From Nannocystis bainbridge (GTDB taxonomy: Bacteria; Myxococcota_A; Polyangia; Nannocystales; Nannocystaceae), in contig NZ_JAQNDL010000002.1 in NCBI RefSeq assembly GCF_028368995.1, positions 1,088,001 to 1,152,000 of the forward strand: 64,000 bases of DNA, given 5' to 3'. Position numbers and translations under genes: made by a program. How positions within the stretch are numbered: the first letter of the stretch is position 1; each line of letters starts with the position of its first letter. The notes under the pieces are model-generated. The model saw only the letters and a program-made list of their open reading frames with translations. It was not told the DNA's origin and searched no databases. This document shows, piece by piece, positions 7,246 through 18,900 of the stretch.

Positions 7246-10200
7246 TTGACCGATCCCACGAAGGCCGCCGAATCCGATGCGCAGGGGCTGCGCGATGCGT
7301 TTCACCAGCACTTCGGCGTCGTGCGAGCCGCCGCCCGTCTGTTCGGGATCCCGTCGTCGTTGCTCGACGACGTGGCCCTGCAGACGTTCGTGATGGCCCA
7401 CGGGCGCGGCGAGGACTTGCAGCAGCTGGCGATCGCCCGCTCGCGGCTGGTCACGCTGACGCGGCGAGTGGCCGAGTGGTACCGCGAGGAGATGCCGCCG
7501 GCGACCGTCGACGTGCCGGTCGAATTTCCCGGTTCGGATGTGCTGGCGCGGTTTGTCGGGGGTCTGGCGCCGCAGGCCCGCGAGGTGTTCGTGCTGGCGG
7601 AGCTCGGCGGTCTGCGGGTCCCCGAGATCTCGGCAGAGCTCGGAGTCGGCTTCGAGGCGGCGCGAGCCCAGGTGGTCGAACTGGTGCGGGACTTCGCGGC
7701 GGCGACGGCTGCGGCCGGCGCCGAAGAGGTGCTTCACGACCTGGTGCGCGTGCTCGATCCGCCGCCTGTCCAGCGCGAGCTGCAGTTCGCGGCGCTGGAG
7801 GCCCGGCTGGCGCCGCGGTCGCTGACGCCGGAGGGGGCCGAGCCGGCGCATTCGCAGTGGATCATGCCGATCAGCCTCCGGCGAGCCTCGAGCGGGGCGA
7901 TGCAGGCGGCAGAGCCGGCCGCGGAGGCAGGTGCTTCGGGACAGGTCGGCCCGCTGGCCGCGGGGACTAATGCTTCGGGACAGGTGGCGGTCGAGGGCTC
8001 GCTGGCCGCGGGGACAGGTGCTTCGGGACAGGTCGGCTCGCTGGCCGCGGGGACAGGTGCTTCGGGACAGGTCGACTCGCTGGCCGCGGGGACAGGCCCT
8101 TCGGGACATGTCGTCGGGGGGGCCGGTGCTTCAGGCGATATCCTCGGCTTGAGCCCGGGAGGGCTGGTGGGCGGGGCCGGCGGGACGCCGGGCGGGGCCG
8201 GTGCGGAGGCCCAGGATGGTGCTCCGGCAGGATCGGGCGCGAGTGGACAGCTGGCCGGAGGGACAGGTGCGGCGCCGGGGTTGGCACCGCCTCCGCCGAT
8301 CGGCGGGCAGGGAGTTCAGGGCGCGGAGGTCAATAGCGGGTCCGTGCTGGCCGCGCTCGCGCAGATGACCGAAGGGACAGGTGCCGTCGGGCACGGCCAG
8401 GGTCTGCCGCCTGGGGGCGGGCCGATGGCCGCCGGCCCAGGGGGGGCGCCGGCCGGAGTCGGTGCGGTTGCGCAAAACCCCGCGTGGCCTGCTCCGGGCG
8501 CGAGTGGTCAGGTAGCAGGAGGGACAGGTGGGGCGCCCGCCTGGGGACCGCCGCCCGGGCTCGGGGGTAGCGGGCAGAGTGCTGGTTCGCCGGGTGCTGC
8601 CGCTCCGGGTGGGGCGAGTGGGCAGATGGCCGGAGGGACAGGTGGTGCGCCTGCCTGGGGTCCGCCGCCCGGGGTCGCCGGGAGTTCGCAGAATGCTGGC
8701 TGGCCGGCTCCGCCCGGATCGGGAACTCCGGCGAGTGGGCAGATGGCCGGAGGGACAGGCGGTGCGCCTGCCTGGGGTCCGCCGCCTGGGGTCGTCGGGA
8801 ATCCGCAGAATGCTGGTTGGCCGGCTCCGCCCGGACCGGGGACTCCGGCGAGTGGGCAGATGGCCGGAGGGACAGGTGGTGCGCCTGCCTGGGGTCCGCC
8901 GCCAGGGATTGGCGGCAGTCCGCAGAATTCTGGTTGGCCGGCGTCGCCGCCAGGCGTGGGCGGGGCGGTCGCGGGTTTGTTGCCGCCCGGTCCGGGGGGA
9001 CAGGGCCCTGCGGGGAGCTGGCCTGCGCCTCAAGGCAACGGTCCGGCCGCGGCGCCTGCGGTGAGCGGGCCTTTGGCCGGAGGCCCGGGTGCGGTTTCGG
9101 GGTTGCCGGGCGTCGGTGAGCCGCCGCTCGGTTCAGGGCCAGTATCGCCAGTTTCTCCCGCTCCCGGAGCCTGGGGACCGCCGCCGGGGGGGTTGCCGAC
9201 CGGCGCGGCGCCCGGGAGTTCGGGTGCAGCGCCCGCGCCTGGGCAGGGCAGTCCGGTTTTGGGAGCGACGGCGCCGATCTTCGGTGGTTTGCTCGCGGGT
9301 TCCGGGGTGCCGTCAATGCCTGTCGGGACAGGTCCTTCGGGCCAGATGGCCGGGCCGGGGATGGCTCCGGAGGCAGGTCCCTTGGGACATGCGCCGACCG
9401 GGTTCCAGCCGCCGGCCGGACCGGGGATGGCTCCGGGGACAGGTCCTTTGGGGCATGTGCCGACCGGGTTCCAGCCGCTGGCCGGACCGGCGATGGCTCC
9501 GGGGACAGGTCCTTTGGGGCATGTGCCGGCGGGGCCGCAACCCGCGCTGGCGCCGGCCGGGAACTCAGGGGTGGAGCAGGGTGGGGTGATGTCCCCGGGG
9601 ACAGGTCCCTGGGGACAGGTTCCCTCGGGGCCGCAACCAGCGTTGCCGCTGGCGGGGCATTCGGAGCAGGGTGGAGTGATGGCCCCGGGGAGAGGTCCCT
9701 GGGGACAGGCTCCTCCGGGGCCGCAACCAGCGCTGCAGCCGGCTGGGCATTCGGGCGCGGAGCAGGGGCAGATGGCGCCTGGGACAGGTCCCTGGGGACA
9801 GGCTCCTGCGGGGCCGCAGCCGGCGCTTCCGCCCGGACAGGCGGCGGGGATGGCTCCCGGGACAGGTCCTTGGGGACATCCAGCGGGGTCGCAACCGGCG
9901 TCTGAACCGGCGGCGGGGACCGGACCTTGGGGACATCCCGCGGGGCCGCAGGTGGCGCTGCCGCCGGCGGGGCATTCGGGCGCGGAGCCGGGGAGTGGGA
10001 TGGCCCCGGGGACAGGTCCCTGGGGACATGCTCCCTCGGCGCCGCAGGCGGCGCTGCCACCGGGACAGGGTGCTGGCATGGCTCCGGGGACAGGTCCCTG
10101 GGGACAGGTGCCGCCCGGACCGGCGCCTGGGGCGGCGTGGGGGCCGCCCGGTCCGGTCCCGGCGCCTGGGCGCCAAGCTGCCCCGCCGAAGCGGTCGGGC

Positions 10201-11010
10201 TCGATCGTCGCCGACCTCGACGTACCCGAGCGCGACCTCAATGAACGTCCGCGGCGGCTCGTGCCCGGATCGATGGCGCTCGTGCTGGTTTGCTTGCTGG
10301 TGCTCGGGATCGCCGGGGGCGGCGGATACCTCGCCTGGGAGCGGTCGCAGGCGCAGCCGACGCTCGAACCGACGGTCGAGCCCGAGGCCGTGACGCTGCC
10401 GCCGGTCGAAGGGCCCGAGGCCGCGCCCGTGCCGGTCGATCCCGCCGTGCCGGGGGCGACGACGTCGACTCCGACGGGCACGTCGCCGGGCGCGACACCC
10501 GGCACGACGCCGACCACGTCACCGGGCACGACGCCGGGCAAGACGGATCCGGCGCCGACGAAGACGGGCACGACGCCGACGACCAAGCCTCCGAAGACGA
10601 AGTCCGAGTCCGGCAGCTCCACGCCGAAGAAGCCGCCGGCCGAGAAGACGGGCTCGAGCTCGAAGACGGGCTCGGGCGGCACCAAGAAGGCCGATCCGGC
10701 CGAGGAGCTGGCCAAGCGCAAGGACCAGGCGGACGCGGCAGATCCGGGGCGCGTGCTGGTCGAGCTCGAGTATCTCAGCGCGATCGACAAGGCGCTCAAG
10801 GCCGGCAACTGGGCCCAGGCGCTGGCCTACATCGATCAGCACGACAAGGAGCTGCCGGGCGGGCAGTTGGTCGACAAGTTCGACGAGCGGCGGATCCGGG
10901 CGCTGTGCGGGATGGGTCGGGCGAGCGAGGCGCAGGCCAAGGTGACGCAGATCCTGGCCAAGCGCCCGAGCTCGAAGGTGAAGACGGCCCTGGCCGAGTC
11001 CTGCAAATGA
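7246..11010 (+). CDS. Degenerate ECF sigma-70-like N-terminus fused through a long Gly/Pro repeat region to a TM helix and a C-terminal TPR-like (anti-sigma-type) domain
   Basis: Region-2-like HFGVVRAAARLFGIPSSLLDDVALQTF, region-4-like LAPQAREVFVLAELGGLRVPEISAELGV, TM MALVLVCLLVLGIAGGGGYLAW, C-terminal ELEYLSAIDKALKAGNWAQALAYIDQHDKELPGGQL...RIRALC; TTG start uncertain. Confidence 0.65.
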   Translation: MTDPTKAAESDAQGLRDAFHQHFGVVRAAARLFGIPSSLLDDVALQTFVMAHGRGEDLQQLAIARSRLVTLTRRVAEWYREEMPPATVDVPVEFPGSDVLARFVGGLAPQAREVFVLAELGGLRVPEISAELGVGFEAARAQVVELVRDFAAATAAAGAEEVLHDLVRVLDPPPVQRELQFAALEARLAPRSLTPEGAEPAHSQWIMPISLRRASSGAMQAAEPAAEAGASGQVGPLAAGTNASGQVAVEGSLAAGTGASGQVGSLAAGTGASGQVDSLAAGTGPSGHVVGGAGASGDILGLSPGGLVGGAGGTPGGAGAEAQDGAPAGSGASGQLAGGTGAAPGLAPPPPIGGQGVQGAEVNSGSVLAALAQMTEGTGAVGHGQGLPPGGGPMAAGPGGAPAGVGAVAQNPAWPAPGASGQVAGGTGGAPAWGPPPGLGGSGQSAGSPGAAAPGGASGQMAGGTGGAPAWGPPPGVAGSSQNAGWPAPPGSGTPASGQMAGGTGGAPAWGPPPGVVGNPQNAGWPAPPGPGTPASGQMAGGTGGAPAWGPPPGIGGSPQNSGWPASPPGVGGAVAGLLPPGPGGQGPAGSWPAPQGNGPAAAPAVSGPLAGGPGAVSGLPGVGEPPLGSGPVSPVSPAPGAWGPPPGGLPTGAAPGSSGAAPAPGQGSPVLGATAPIFGGLLAGSGVPSMPVGTGPSGQMAGPGMAPEAGPLGHAPTGFQPPAGPGMAPGTGPLGHVPTGFQPLAGPAMAPGTGPLGHVPAGPQPALAPAGNSGVEQGGVMSPGTGPWGQVPSGPQPALPLAGHSEQGGVMAPGRGPWGQAPPGPQPALQPAGHSGAEQGQMAPGTGPWGQAPAGPQPALPPGQAAGMAPGTGPWGHPAGSQPASEPAAGTGPWGHPAGPQVALPPAGHSGAEPGSGMAPGTGPWGHAPSAPQAALPPGQGAGMAPGTGPWGQVPPGPAPGAAWGPPGPVPAPGRQAAPPKRSGSIVADLDVPERDLNERPRRLVPGSMALVLVCLLVLGIAGGGGYLAWERSQAQPTLEPTVEPEAVTLPPVEGPEAAPVPVDPAVPGATTSTPTGTSPGATPGTTPTTSPGTTPGKTDPAPTKTGTTPTTKPPKTKSESGSSTPKKPPAEKTGSSSKTGSGGTKKADPAEELAKRKDQADAADPGRVLVELEYLSAIDKALKAGNWAQALAYIDQHDKELPGGQLVDKFDERRIRALCGMGRASEAQAKVTQILAKRPSSKVKTALAESCK
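7925..10110 (+). repeat. Intragenic tandem repeats (39-bp, 117-bp and ~66-96-bp units), each carrying phased 14-bp units
   Basis: SLAAGTGASGQV x3-4 (39 bp), ASGQMAGGTGGAPAWGPPPG x3-4 (117-bp period at 8625/8742/8859) and MAPGTGP(W/L)G(H/Q) x~10. Confidence 0.9.
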
Positions 11011-11082
11011 GCGCACCCGGGACGCGAGGGGCAGCTCGCCGCGCTCGCGTCCCGATGGTGGTCGGTGGGCATGGGCGTGATA

Positions 11083-11285
11083 TGTCTTTCGGGACATGTC
11101 CGTTCGGACTTGTGAAGTCCGAGCAATGGTGGCAACGGATATTGTCCCGAAGGACATGTCCTTGAGGATATGTGCACGCCCGGCGAACTCGCGAGATGGA
11201 CATTGTGTCCGGGCCGCTGAGACTGGCTGGAATGCTCCGCTCGTTGCGATGGCGAGGACAATCTCCAAAGATGTCCTGAAGGACA
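11083..11285. repeat. 14-bp palindromic unit arrays (2+2+1 units)
   Basis: TGTCTTTCGGGACA|TGTCCGTTCGGACT (11083), TGTCCCGAAGGACA|TGTCCTTGAGGATA (11143), TGTCCTGAAGGACA (11272). Confidence 0.9.
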
Positions 11286-11471
11286 GGCCACTCGAGATCG
11301 TTGCAACGATTGCCGGCTGCCCGGCGCGCTCGGTGCCAGGGGAAACGCGGCCTCATTCTGCCCCGCGGGCGCCTGCAGGGCCCGTAGCCCGAGCAAAGCC
11401 TTGGCCCGCGCAGGCTGCCTCGCATGGGACGCCGTGCTCGACCAGCGCGAGCAAGGTCGGCAGACCGGCCA

Positions 11472-11635
11472 CCGACAGGGGGGCGGCCGTCCTGGCCGAG
11501 GTGACGCGGCGTGACCTGGGGAGCCCAAGGTCGGCTTCGACGCGCTCACGGCCGACAGGGGGGCGGCCGTCCTGGCCGCGGTGACGCGGCGTGACCTGGG
11601 GAGCCCAAGGTCGGCTTCGACGCGCTCACGGCCGA
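11472..11635. repeat. 80-bp intergenic tandem duplication
   Basis: 11472-11551 and 11552-11631 are identical except for one base. Confidence 0.9.
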
Positions 11636-11813
11636 TGGGGGACGGCTCCGCTACGCCGCGATCGAGGCCAGGTTTGCGCCGTCTCGCATCTCGTCGCGCC
11701 TCACGATGCGCGCAGGCATGAAGTCGGATGAAGCTGCTGTCACAGCCCAGGGCGTGACGGCTCGATCAGCTTTCATGGTGTCGGCGTCGGCGGTCGCCGC
11801 TGCCTCGAAAGAC

Positions 11814-11846
11814 AAAAATCGGAGCCGCGCGGACGCGGCTCCGATT
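11814..11846 (-). terminator. Rho-independent terminator of the S1-domain gene
   Basis: 13-bp stem AATCGGAGCCGCG/CGCGGCTCCGATT, followed on the minus strand by a T tract (AAAAA at 11814-11818). Confidence 0.85.
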
Positions 11847-11863
11847 GCGTGAGGCGGCAGCTC

Positions 11864-13129
11864 TCAGGCGCGGCGGCGGGTGGCGGCCGGCTTGGCGTCG
11901 CTCGGATTGTCGCGGCTCTGGGCCGGCTTGGCGTCGGGCAGCTTGCCCTGGAGGTCCTTCATCAGGTCGCCGAGGCTACCGAGGCCCTTGCTGCCGCCGG
12001 CGCCCTTCTTGGCCTCCTTGGCGAAGGTCTTGTAGGCGGTGCGCTCTTCGGCCGCCGCGACGCCCTGGATGCTGAAGCGGAGCTTGCCCTCGCCGCCGCC
12101 GCGGCCGAGCATCACGACTTCGACGTCCTTGCCGACGGGGAAGGCGCGCCGCGGATCGGCGTTGGGCGGCAGGCCGAGCTCGCTGAGCGGCACCAGGCCG
12201 CGACCGGCCTCGGTGTCGACGAACACGCCGAAGTTGGTGACCTGGCCGACCTTGCCCGCCAGCACCTGCTCGGTAGCGGCGGAGGTGGTGGGCTCGCTCG
12301 TCTGATCGGCCGACTTCATCGACAGGCTGATCTTGAGGTCGGTCGGGCTGGTGCCGCGCGGCTCGACGGCCAGCACGCGCACCTTGACCGACTCGCCGAT
12401 CTTGATCACGTCGTCGATCTTGTCGACGCGGCCGTGGCCGAGCTCGGAGATGTGGATCATGCCCTCGATGCCGCCGAGGTCGACGAAGGCGCCGTAGGGC
12501 TGGATCGTCTGGACGATGCCCTCGAGCTCGGCGCCGACGACGAGGCGCTCGCGCACCGCCTTGGCCTGGTTCTCGCGCTCGTCCTTGAGGACGGCCTTGC
12601 GCGAGACGATGACCGAGCGGCCGCCGTCGCGGATCTCGATGACCTTGAAGAACTGCTTGGTGCCGACGAAGCGCTCGAGGTCCTGGGCGAAGCCGAGGTC
12701 GACCTGCGAGGCGGGGCAGAACGCGCGCACGCTGCCGAGCTCGACCTCGAGGCCGGCCTTGACGGCCTTGGTGACGGTGGCCTCGACGGGCACGCCGCTC
12801 TGCAGCGCGAGGTCCAGCGACTGCGTGTCGATGCCGCCCCTGCCGATGGCGACGACCAGCTGGATGCCGCCCGACACGGACGCGACCGTGGCGCGCAGCT
12901 TGTCGCCGATCTTGACCTTGAGGTTGCCTTCTTTGTCGAGGAGCTGGGCGCGTTCGATCCGCCCCTCGCTCTTGGCACCGATGTCGAGGAACACGCTGTC
13001 GGCACCGATCTCGACCACCGGACCCTCGACGAGCTGTCCGGGGCGCACGCGCTTGCTCAGCCTGGCGCGCGTCTGCGCACCCTGGGCTTCAAACATCGCG
13101 GCGAAGTCTTCATCTTGCTGCTGGGCCAT
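11864..13129 (-). CDS. S1 RNA-binding multi-domain protein (RpsA-like paralog)
   Basis: EDFAAMFE N-terminus and about four S1 domains (VFLDIGAKSEG, RAFCPASQVD, YGAFVDLGGIEGMIHISEL, NFGVFV), plus an LGSLGDL tail. Confidence 0.85.
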   Translation of the reverse strand: MAQQQDEDFAAMFEAQGAQTRARLSKRVRPGQLVEGPVVEIGADSVFLDIGAKSEGRIERAQLLDKEGNLKVKIGDKLRATVASVSGGIQLVVAIGRGGIDTQSLDLALQSGVPVEATVTKAVKAGLEVELGSVRAFCPASQVDLGFAQDLERFVGTKQFFKVIEIRDGGRSVIVSRKAVLKDERENQAKAVRERLVVGAELEGIVQTIQPYGAFVDLGGIEGMIHISELGHGRVDKIDDVIKIGESVKVRVLAVEPRGTSPTDLKISLSMKSADQTSEPTTSAATEQVLAGKVGQVTNFGVFVDTEAGRGLVPLSELGLPPNADPRRAFPVGKDVEVVMLGRGGGEGKLRFSIQGVAAAEERTAYKTFAKEAKKGAGGSKGLGSLGDLMKDLQGKLPDAKPAQSRDNPSDAKPAATRRRA

Positions 13130-13219
13130 GGGGGGCCAAGCTTGGCAAAGCCGACCTCGCGGGACAAGTGCCGGGGCCTCACAAGACGGCGGCTTCGGGG
13201 CGCGCCGTGAGCCACGCAC

Positions 13220-14686
<1,467 letters not shown>

Positions 14687-14808
14687 TCGTCGACTGACTC
14701 GGGAGTGTATCGCCTCGGCGGCCACGCCACCATCGGCGCGTGGAGTAGGCTCAATTTCGCGTATCCGGGCGAATCCACGGCGGTGGGGGCGAGCGGCGGC
14801 GCCGCCTC

Positions 14809-15804
14809 TCAAATGCCGTGAAAGCTGATGAAAGGGTCGGGCGGGTCGCTCTGGCCGGCCTTGAGGTCGAGGTGCAGGTGATTGGCGTGTGCCCGGTCGT
14901 GATCCGGTGTAAGCAGGGTATGTACGAGCCCGCCCTGGGCCGCGACGCAGACCAGGCCGAGGAGGAGCTCCGAGGCCGGCGCCCCCGAGGCCGGCGTGGC
15001 GCCGGGCCCGGTCTCCCGCGGACCCGGGCAGCGGCGCAGCTTCCGGCGCGGATAATGATCCTCGACCGTGGCGGCGGGGTCGCTGCCCCGCCGCAGCGCG
15101 TAAAGATCGAGCGCGAGGCCGAGGTTGTGCTGACTCTTCGGCTTCTGCTGCACGATCTTGCCCCGGCGCAGGGCGGAAAAATACTGCACCTCGGTGACGC
15201 CCCGGGCGTGCAGCCACTCGGCCAGGGGCACCACGGCGGCGACCAGGCGACAGTCCCAAATCGCGTGGGCGTCGCGCTCGAGATCGGAGCTCCACGGGAT
15301 CGTGAAGGCGACGCCCGCGATCGGGCCGCGCAGACGCACGGGGATCGCGACCTCGGGCGCTTCGTCGCGACGGAGCACGGCGAACTCGACCTCGCGCTCG
15401 CGCAAGTAGTCGTGACAGCGGGCGGCGTTCATCGCCATCAGCGCGGTCGCGTCGACGCCCGGGGTCGGGCCCGCGGGCGGCCACGCGGGCGGCGGCGCGC
15501 GCGACGGCTCGGGGCTCGCCGGCGCGGCCGGGCGGGGGCGGGGACGCGACGCGCTCGGCCGCGGTTCCGTCTGTCCCTGAGGACCTGTCTCCTTGCACCT
15601 GGCGCTTGCGACCTGTACCAGAGCGCGATTGCCCGCGTAGCCGCTCGGGCAATCGGGCGGGCGGACGGCGGGCAGGCGCCAGCGCGGGGCGTTCGACCAC
15701 CCGACTCGCCCGCCGGCGGCGTCGGCGTTGGTGGGCACGAGCAGGGCGCCGAGCAGCACGACCCTCAAGGTAGTCCTCCAGGCGCCTTTGTATGCCGATG
15801 TCAT
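14809..15804 (-). CDS. Extensin-like family exported protein (peptidase M15/LAS-like metal motifs)
   Basis: Signal peptide, Pro-rich linker, PVRLRGPIAGV, DCRLVAA, SQHNLGLALDL, HANHLHLD. Confidence 0.75.
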   Translation of the reverse strand: MTSAYKGAWRTTLRVVLLGALLVPTNADAAGGRVGWSNAPRWRLPAVRPPDCPSGYAGNRALVQVASARCKETGPQGQTEPRPSASRPRPRPAAPASPEPSRAPPPAWPPAGPTPGVDATALMAMNAARCHDYLREREVEFAVLRRDEAPEVAIPVRLRGPIAGVAFTIPWSSDLERDAHAIWDCRLVAAVVPLAEWLHARGVTEVQYFSALRRGKIVQQKPKSQHNLGLALDLYALRRGSDPAATVEDHYPRRKLRRCPGPRETGPGATPASGAPASELLLGLVCVAAQGGLVHTLLTPDHDRAHANHLHLDLKAGQSDPPDPFISFHGI

Positions 15805-15814
15805 ACCTCGCAGG

Positions 15815-15843
15815 ATTGTGAGGCAAGCCGCGACCTCAAGCAA
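15815..15843 (-). promoter_or_regulatory. Sigma70-type promoter for the extensin-like gene
   Basis: Minus strand TTGCTT-17 nt-CACAAT, ending 10 nt before the ATG. Confidence 0.5.
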
Positions 15844-15880
15844 AAAAAACCCAGCCCGGGGCTCTCAGGTCGGGGCTAGG
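15842..15880 (-). terminator. Intrinsic terminator with no annotated upstream gene on its strand
   Basis: Minus strand CCTAGCCC...GGGCTGGG followed by T8. Confidence 0.65.
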
Positions 15881-15906
15881 CTGACCGTCGAGGTCGCCCG
15901 GAAGCC

Positions 15907-18900
15907 ATGCCCAGCGTCGATCCTAAGCAAGAGACCCCTGTAAACCCGGTTTCAAACGGAGAAAATGGGCGCTACGCCGCGCACCACAAGATCCGCGTCG
16001 TGACGGCCGCCGCCCTGTTCGACGGCCACGACGCCGCGATCGGGGTGATGCGGCGGGTGCTCCAGTCGGGCGGCGCGGAGGTGATCCATCTCGGACACAA
16101 CCGCGGGGCCGAGGAGGTCGTCGACGCGGCGATCCAGGAGGATGCGCAGGCGATCGCGGTCAGCTCGTATCAGGGCGGCCACATCGAATACTTCAAGTAC
16201 ATGGTCGACCTCCTGCGCCAAAAGGGGGCCGGTCACATCACTGTGTGGGGCGGCGGCGGCGGCGTCATCGTCCCGCGCGAGATCGAGGAGCTGCACGCGT
16301 ACGGGGTGCAGCGCATCTTCAGCCCCGAGGACGGGCGGCGCCACGGGCTCACCGGGATGATCGACATGATCCTCGCGGGCGCCGATTTTGCGACCGCGCC
16401 GGCCGATCCGCTGGCGGAGTTCGCGGCCTTGCGGGCGCCCGGGGCGCTGACGGCCGCCGATCACAAGAGTCGGCTCGCGCGCCTGATGACGGCGGTCGAG
16501 GCCGCGGTCGCGGCCGGCGGCGAGCAGCCGCTGCTCGACGCGCTGCGCGCCGACGACGGCAAGGCGAGTGCGCCCGTGCTCGGCATCACCGGCACCGGCG
16601 GCGCCGGCAAGTCGTCGCTCACCGACGAGCTGCTGGCGCGGCTGCTGCGGGACCACGCCGATCGCCGGATCGCAGTGGTCTCGGTCGACCCGACGCGGCG
16701 GCGCACCGGCGGCGCGCTGCTCGGCGACCGCATCCGCATGAACGCGCTGCGCGACCCACGGGTGATGATGCGCAGCCTGGCGACCCGCGCGGCCGGGGTC
16801 GAGCTGTCGCGCGCGACCGACGACATCGTGCGGCTGCTGCAGCGCGTCGGCTACGATCTGGTGATCGTCGAGACGTCGGGCATCGGTCAGGGCGACGCCG
16901 AAGTGACGCGAATCGCCGACCTCTGCCTTTACGTGATGACCGCCGAGTACGGCGCACCCAGTCAGCTCGAGAAGATCGAGATGCTCGACGTGGCGCAATT
17001 CATCGCCATCAACAAGTTCGAGCACAAGGGCAGCAAGGACGCCCTCCGCGACGTCCGCAAGCAGGTCCGGCGCAACCGCGACATCCCGTATTCGCTGCCC
17101 GACGAGCAGTTGCCGGTGTTCGGCACCGTCGCCAGTCGATTCTTCGATCGCGGCGTCAACGGGCTGTACGCGGCGCTGTGCGGGGCGCTCAGCGAGCGGC
17201 GGCCGGACGCGCCGTGGTCGTGCTCGATCCCGGCGGAGCTGCGCGCGCCGATCTCGGACATCAGCGATTTGATCGCGTCGGAGCGCCAGCATTACCTGGC
17301 CGAGATCGTGCGCCAGGTCCGCGGATACAAGGCGCGGGTCAAGCGGCAGGTCCAGCTCGCGCGCGAGATCGGGGCGCTGACGACGGCCCAGCGGCTGCTC
17401 GCCGACGAGGCTGATTCACCGGCGTTCGCCCGCAAGCTCGAGGAGCTGCGCGGCCAGCTCGACTCCGACACGCGGCGGGCGCTCGAGGAGCTGCCGAAGC
17501 TGTTCGCGGCCTACCGCGAGCCGGAGTTCGTGGTGAAGATCCGGCAGTCGACCGTGCGCTATCCGACCCAGGTGCAGACGCTGTCGGGCACCCAGCAGCC
17601 GCGCGTCGCGGTCCCGCGCGACGACGAGCCGGGCGCGCTGGTGCGGTTCGGATTGCTCGAGAACCTGCCGGGCTACTTCCCGTTCACCGGCGGCGTGTTC
17701 CCGTTCAAGCGCGAGGGCGAGGACCCCAAGCGGATGTTCGCCGGTGAGGGCGGGCCGGCCCGCACCAACGAGCGCTTCCACTATTTGTCGGCGGGCGAGC
17801 CGGCCAAGCGGCTGTCGACGGCCTTCGACTCGGTGACGCTGTACGGCTGGGACCCCGACGAGCGGCCGGACGTGTTCGGCAAGATCGGCGAGAGCGGCGT
17901 CAGCATCTGCACGCTCGAGGACGCCAAGCTGCTCTACAGCGGCTTCGACCTGTGCGATCCGGCGACGTCGGTGAGCATGACGATCAACGGACCGGCGCCG
18001 ATCCTGCTGGCGTTCTACATGAACACCGCGATCGATCAGCAGGTCGAGCGCGAGCAGCAGAAGCTGGGCCGCGCGGTCACCGAGGCCGAGCGGACCGCGA
18101 TCGCCGATCGCACGCTGCAGGTCGTGCGCGGCACGGTGCAGGCCGACATCCTCAAAGAGGACCAGGCGCAGAACACCTGCATCTTCTCGATCGAGTTCGC
18201 GCTGCGGATGATGGGAGACATCCAGCAGTACTTCATTCAGAAGAAGGTGCGGAACTACTACTCGGTGTCGATCAGCGGCTATCACATCGCCGAGGCGGGG
18301 GCGAACCCCATCACCCAGCTGGCGTTCACGCTGTCGAACGGGTTCACGTTCGTCGAGTACTACCGGGCCCGCGGCCTCGGCATCGACGACTTCGCGCCCA
18401 ACCTGAGCTTCTTCTTCTCGAACGGCCTCGACAGCGAGTACACGGTCATCGGCCGGGTCGCGCGCCGGATCTGGGCCATCGCCCTGCGCGACCTCTACGG
18501 CGCCGACGAGCGCAGCCAGAAGCTGAAATATCACATCCAGACGTCCGGCCGTTCGCTGCATGCGATGGAGATCGACTTCAACGACATCCGCACGACGCTG
18601 CAGGCGCTGTTCGCCTACTACGATCACTGCAATAGCCTGCACACCAACGCCTACGACGAGGCGATCACGACGCCGACCGAGGCGAGCGTGCGGCGGGCCA
18701 TGGCGATCCAGCTCATCATCACCCGCGAGCAGGGCCTGGCCAAGACGGAGAACATGCTGCAGGGCAGCTATATCGTCGACGAGCTGACCGAACTGGTGGA
18801 AGAGGCGGTGCTCGCCGAATTCCTCCGACTCGACGAGCGCGGCGGAGTGCTCGGCGCGATGGAGCGACAATACCAGCGAGGGAAGATCCAGGACGAAAGC

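Noticed and set aside
5503-8109. N-terminal ~870 aa of the 1101-aa minus ORF with TCPRG repeats
   Set aside because: It overlaps two better-supported plus-strand genes, and the TCP/GHV/DMS peptides are just translations of the 14-bp DNA motif.
15845-15906. Cobalamin riboswitch upstream of B12-dependent icmF
   Set aside because: The spacer is too short and has no recognisable B12-box or conserved core.
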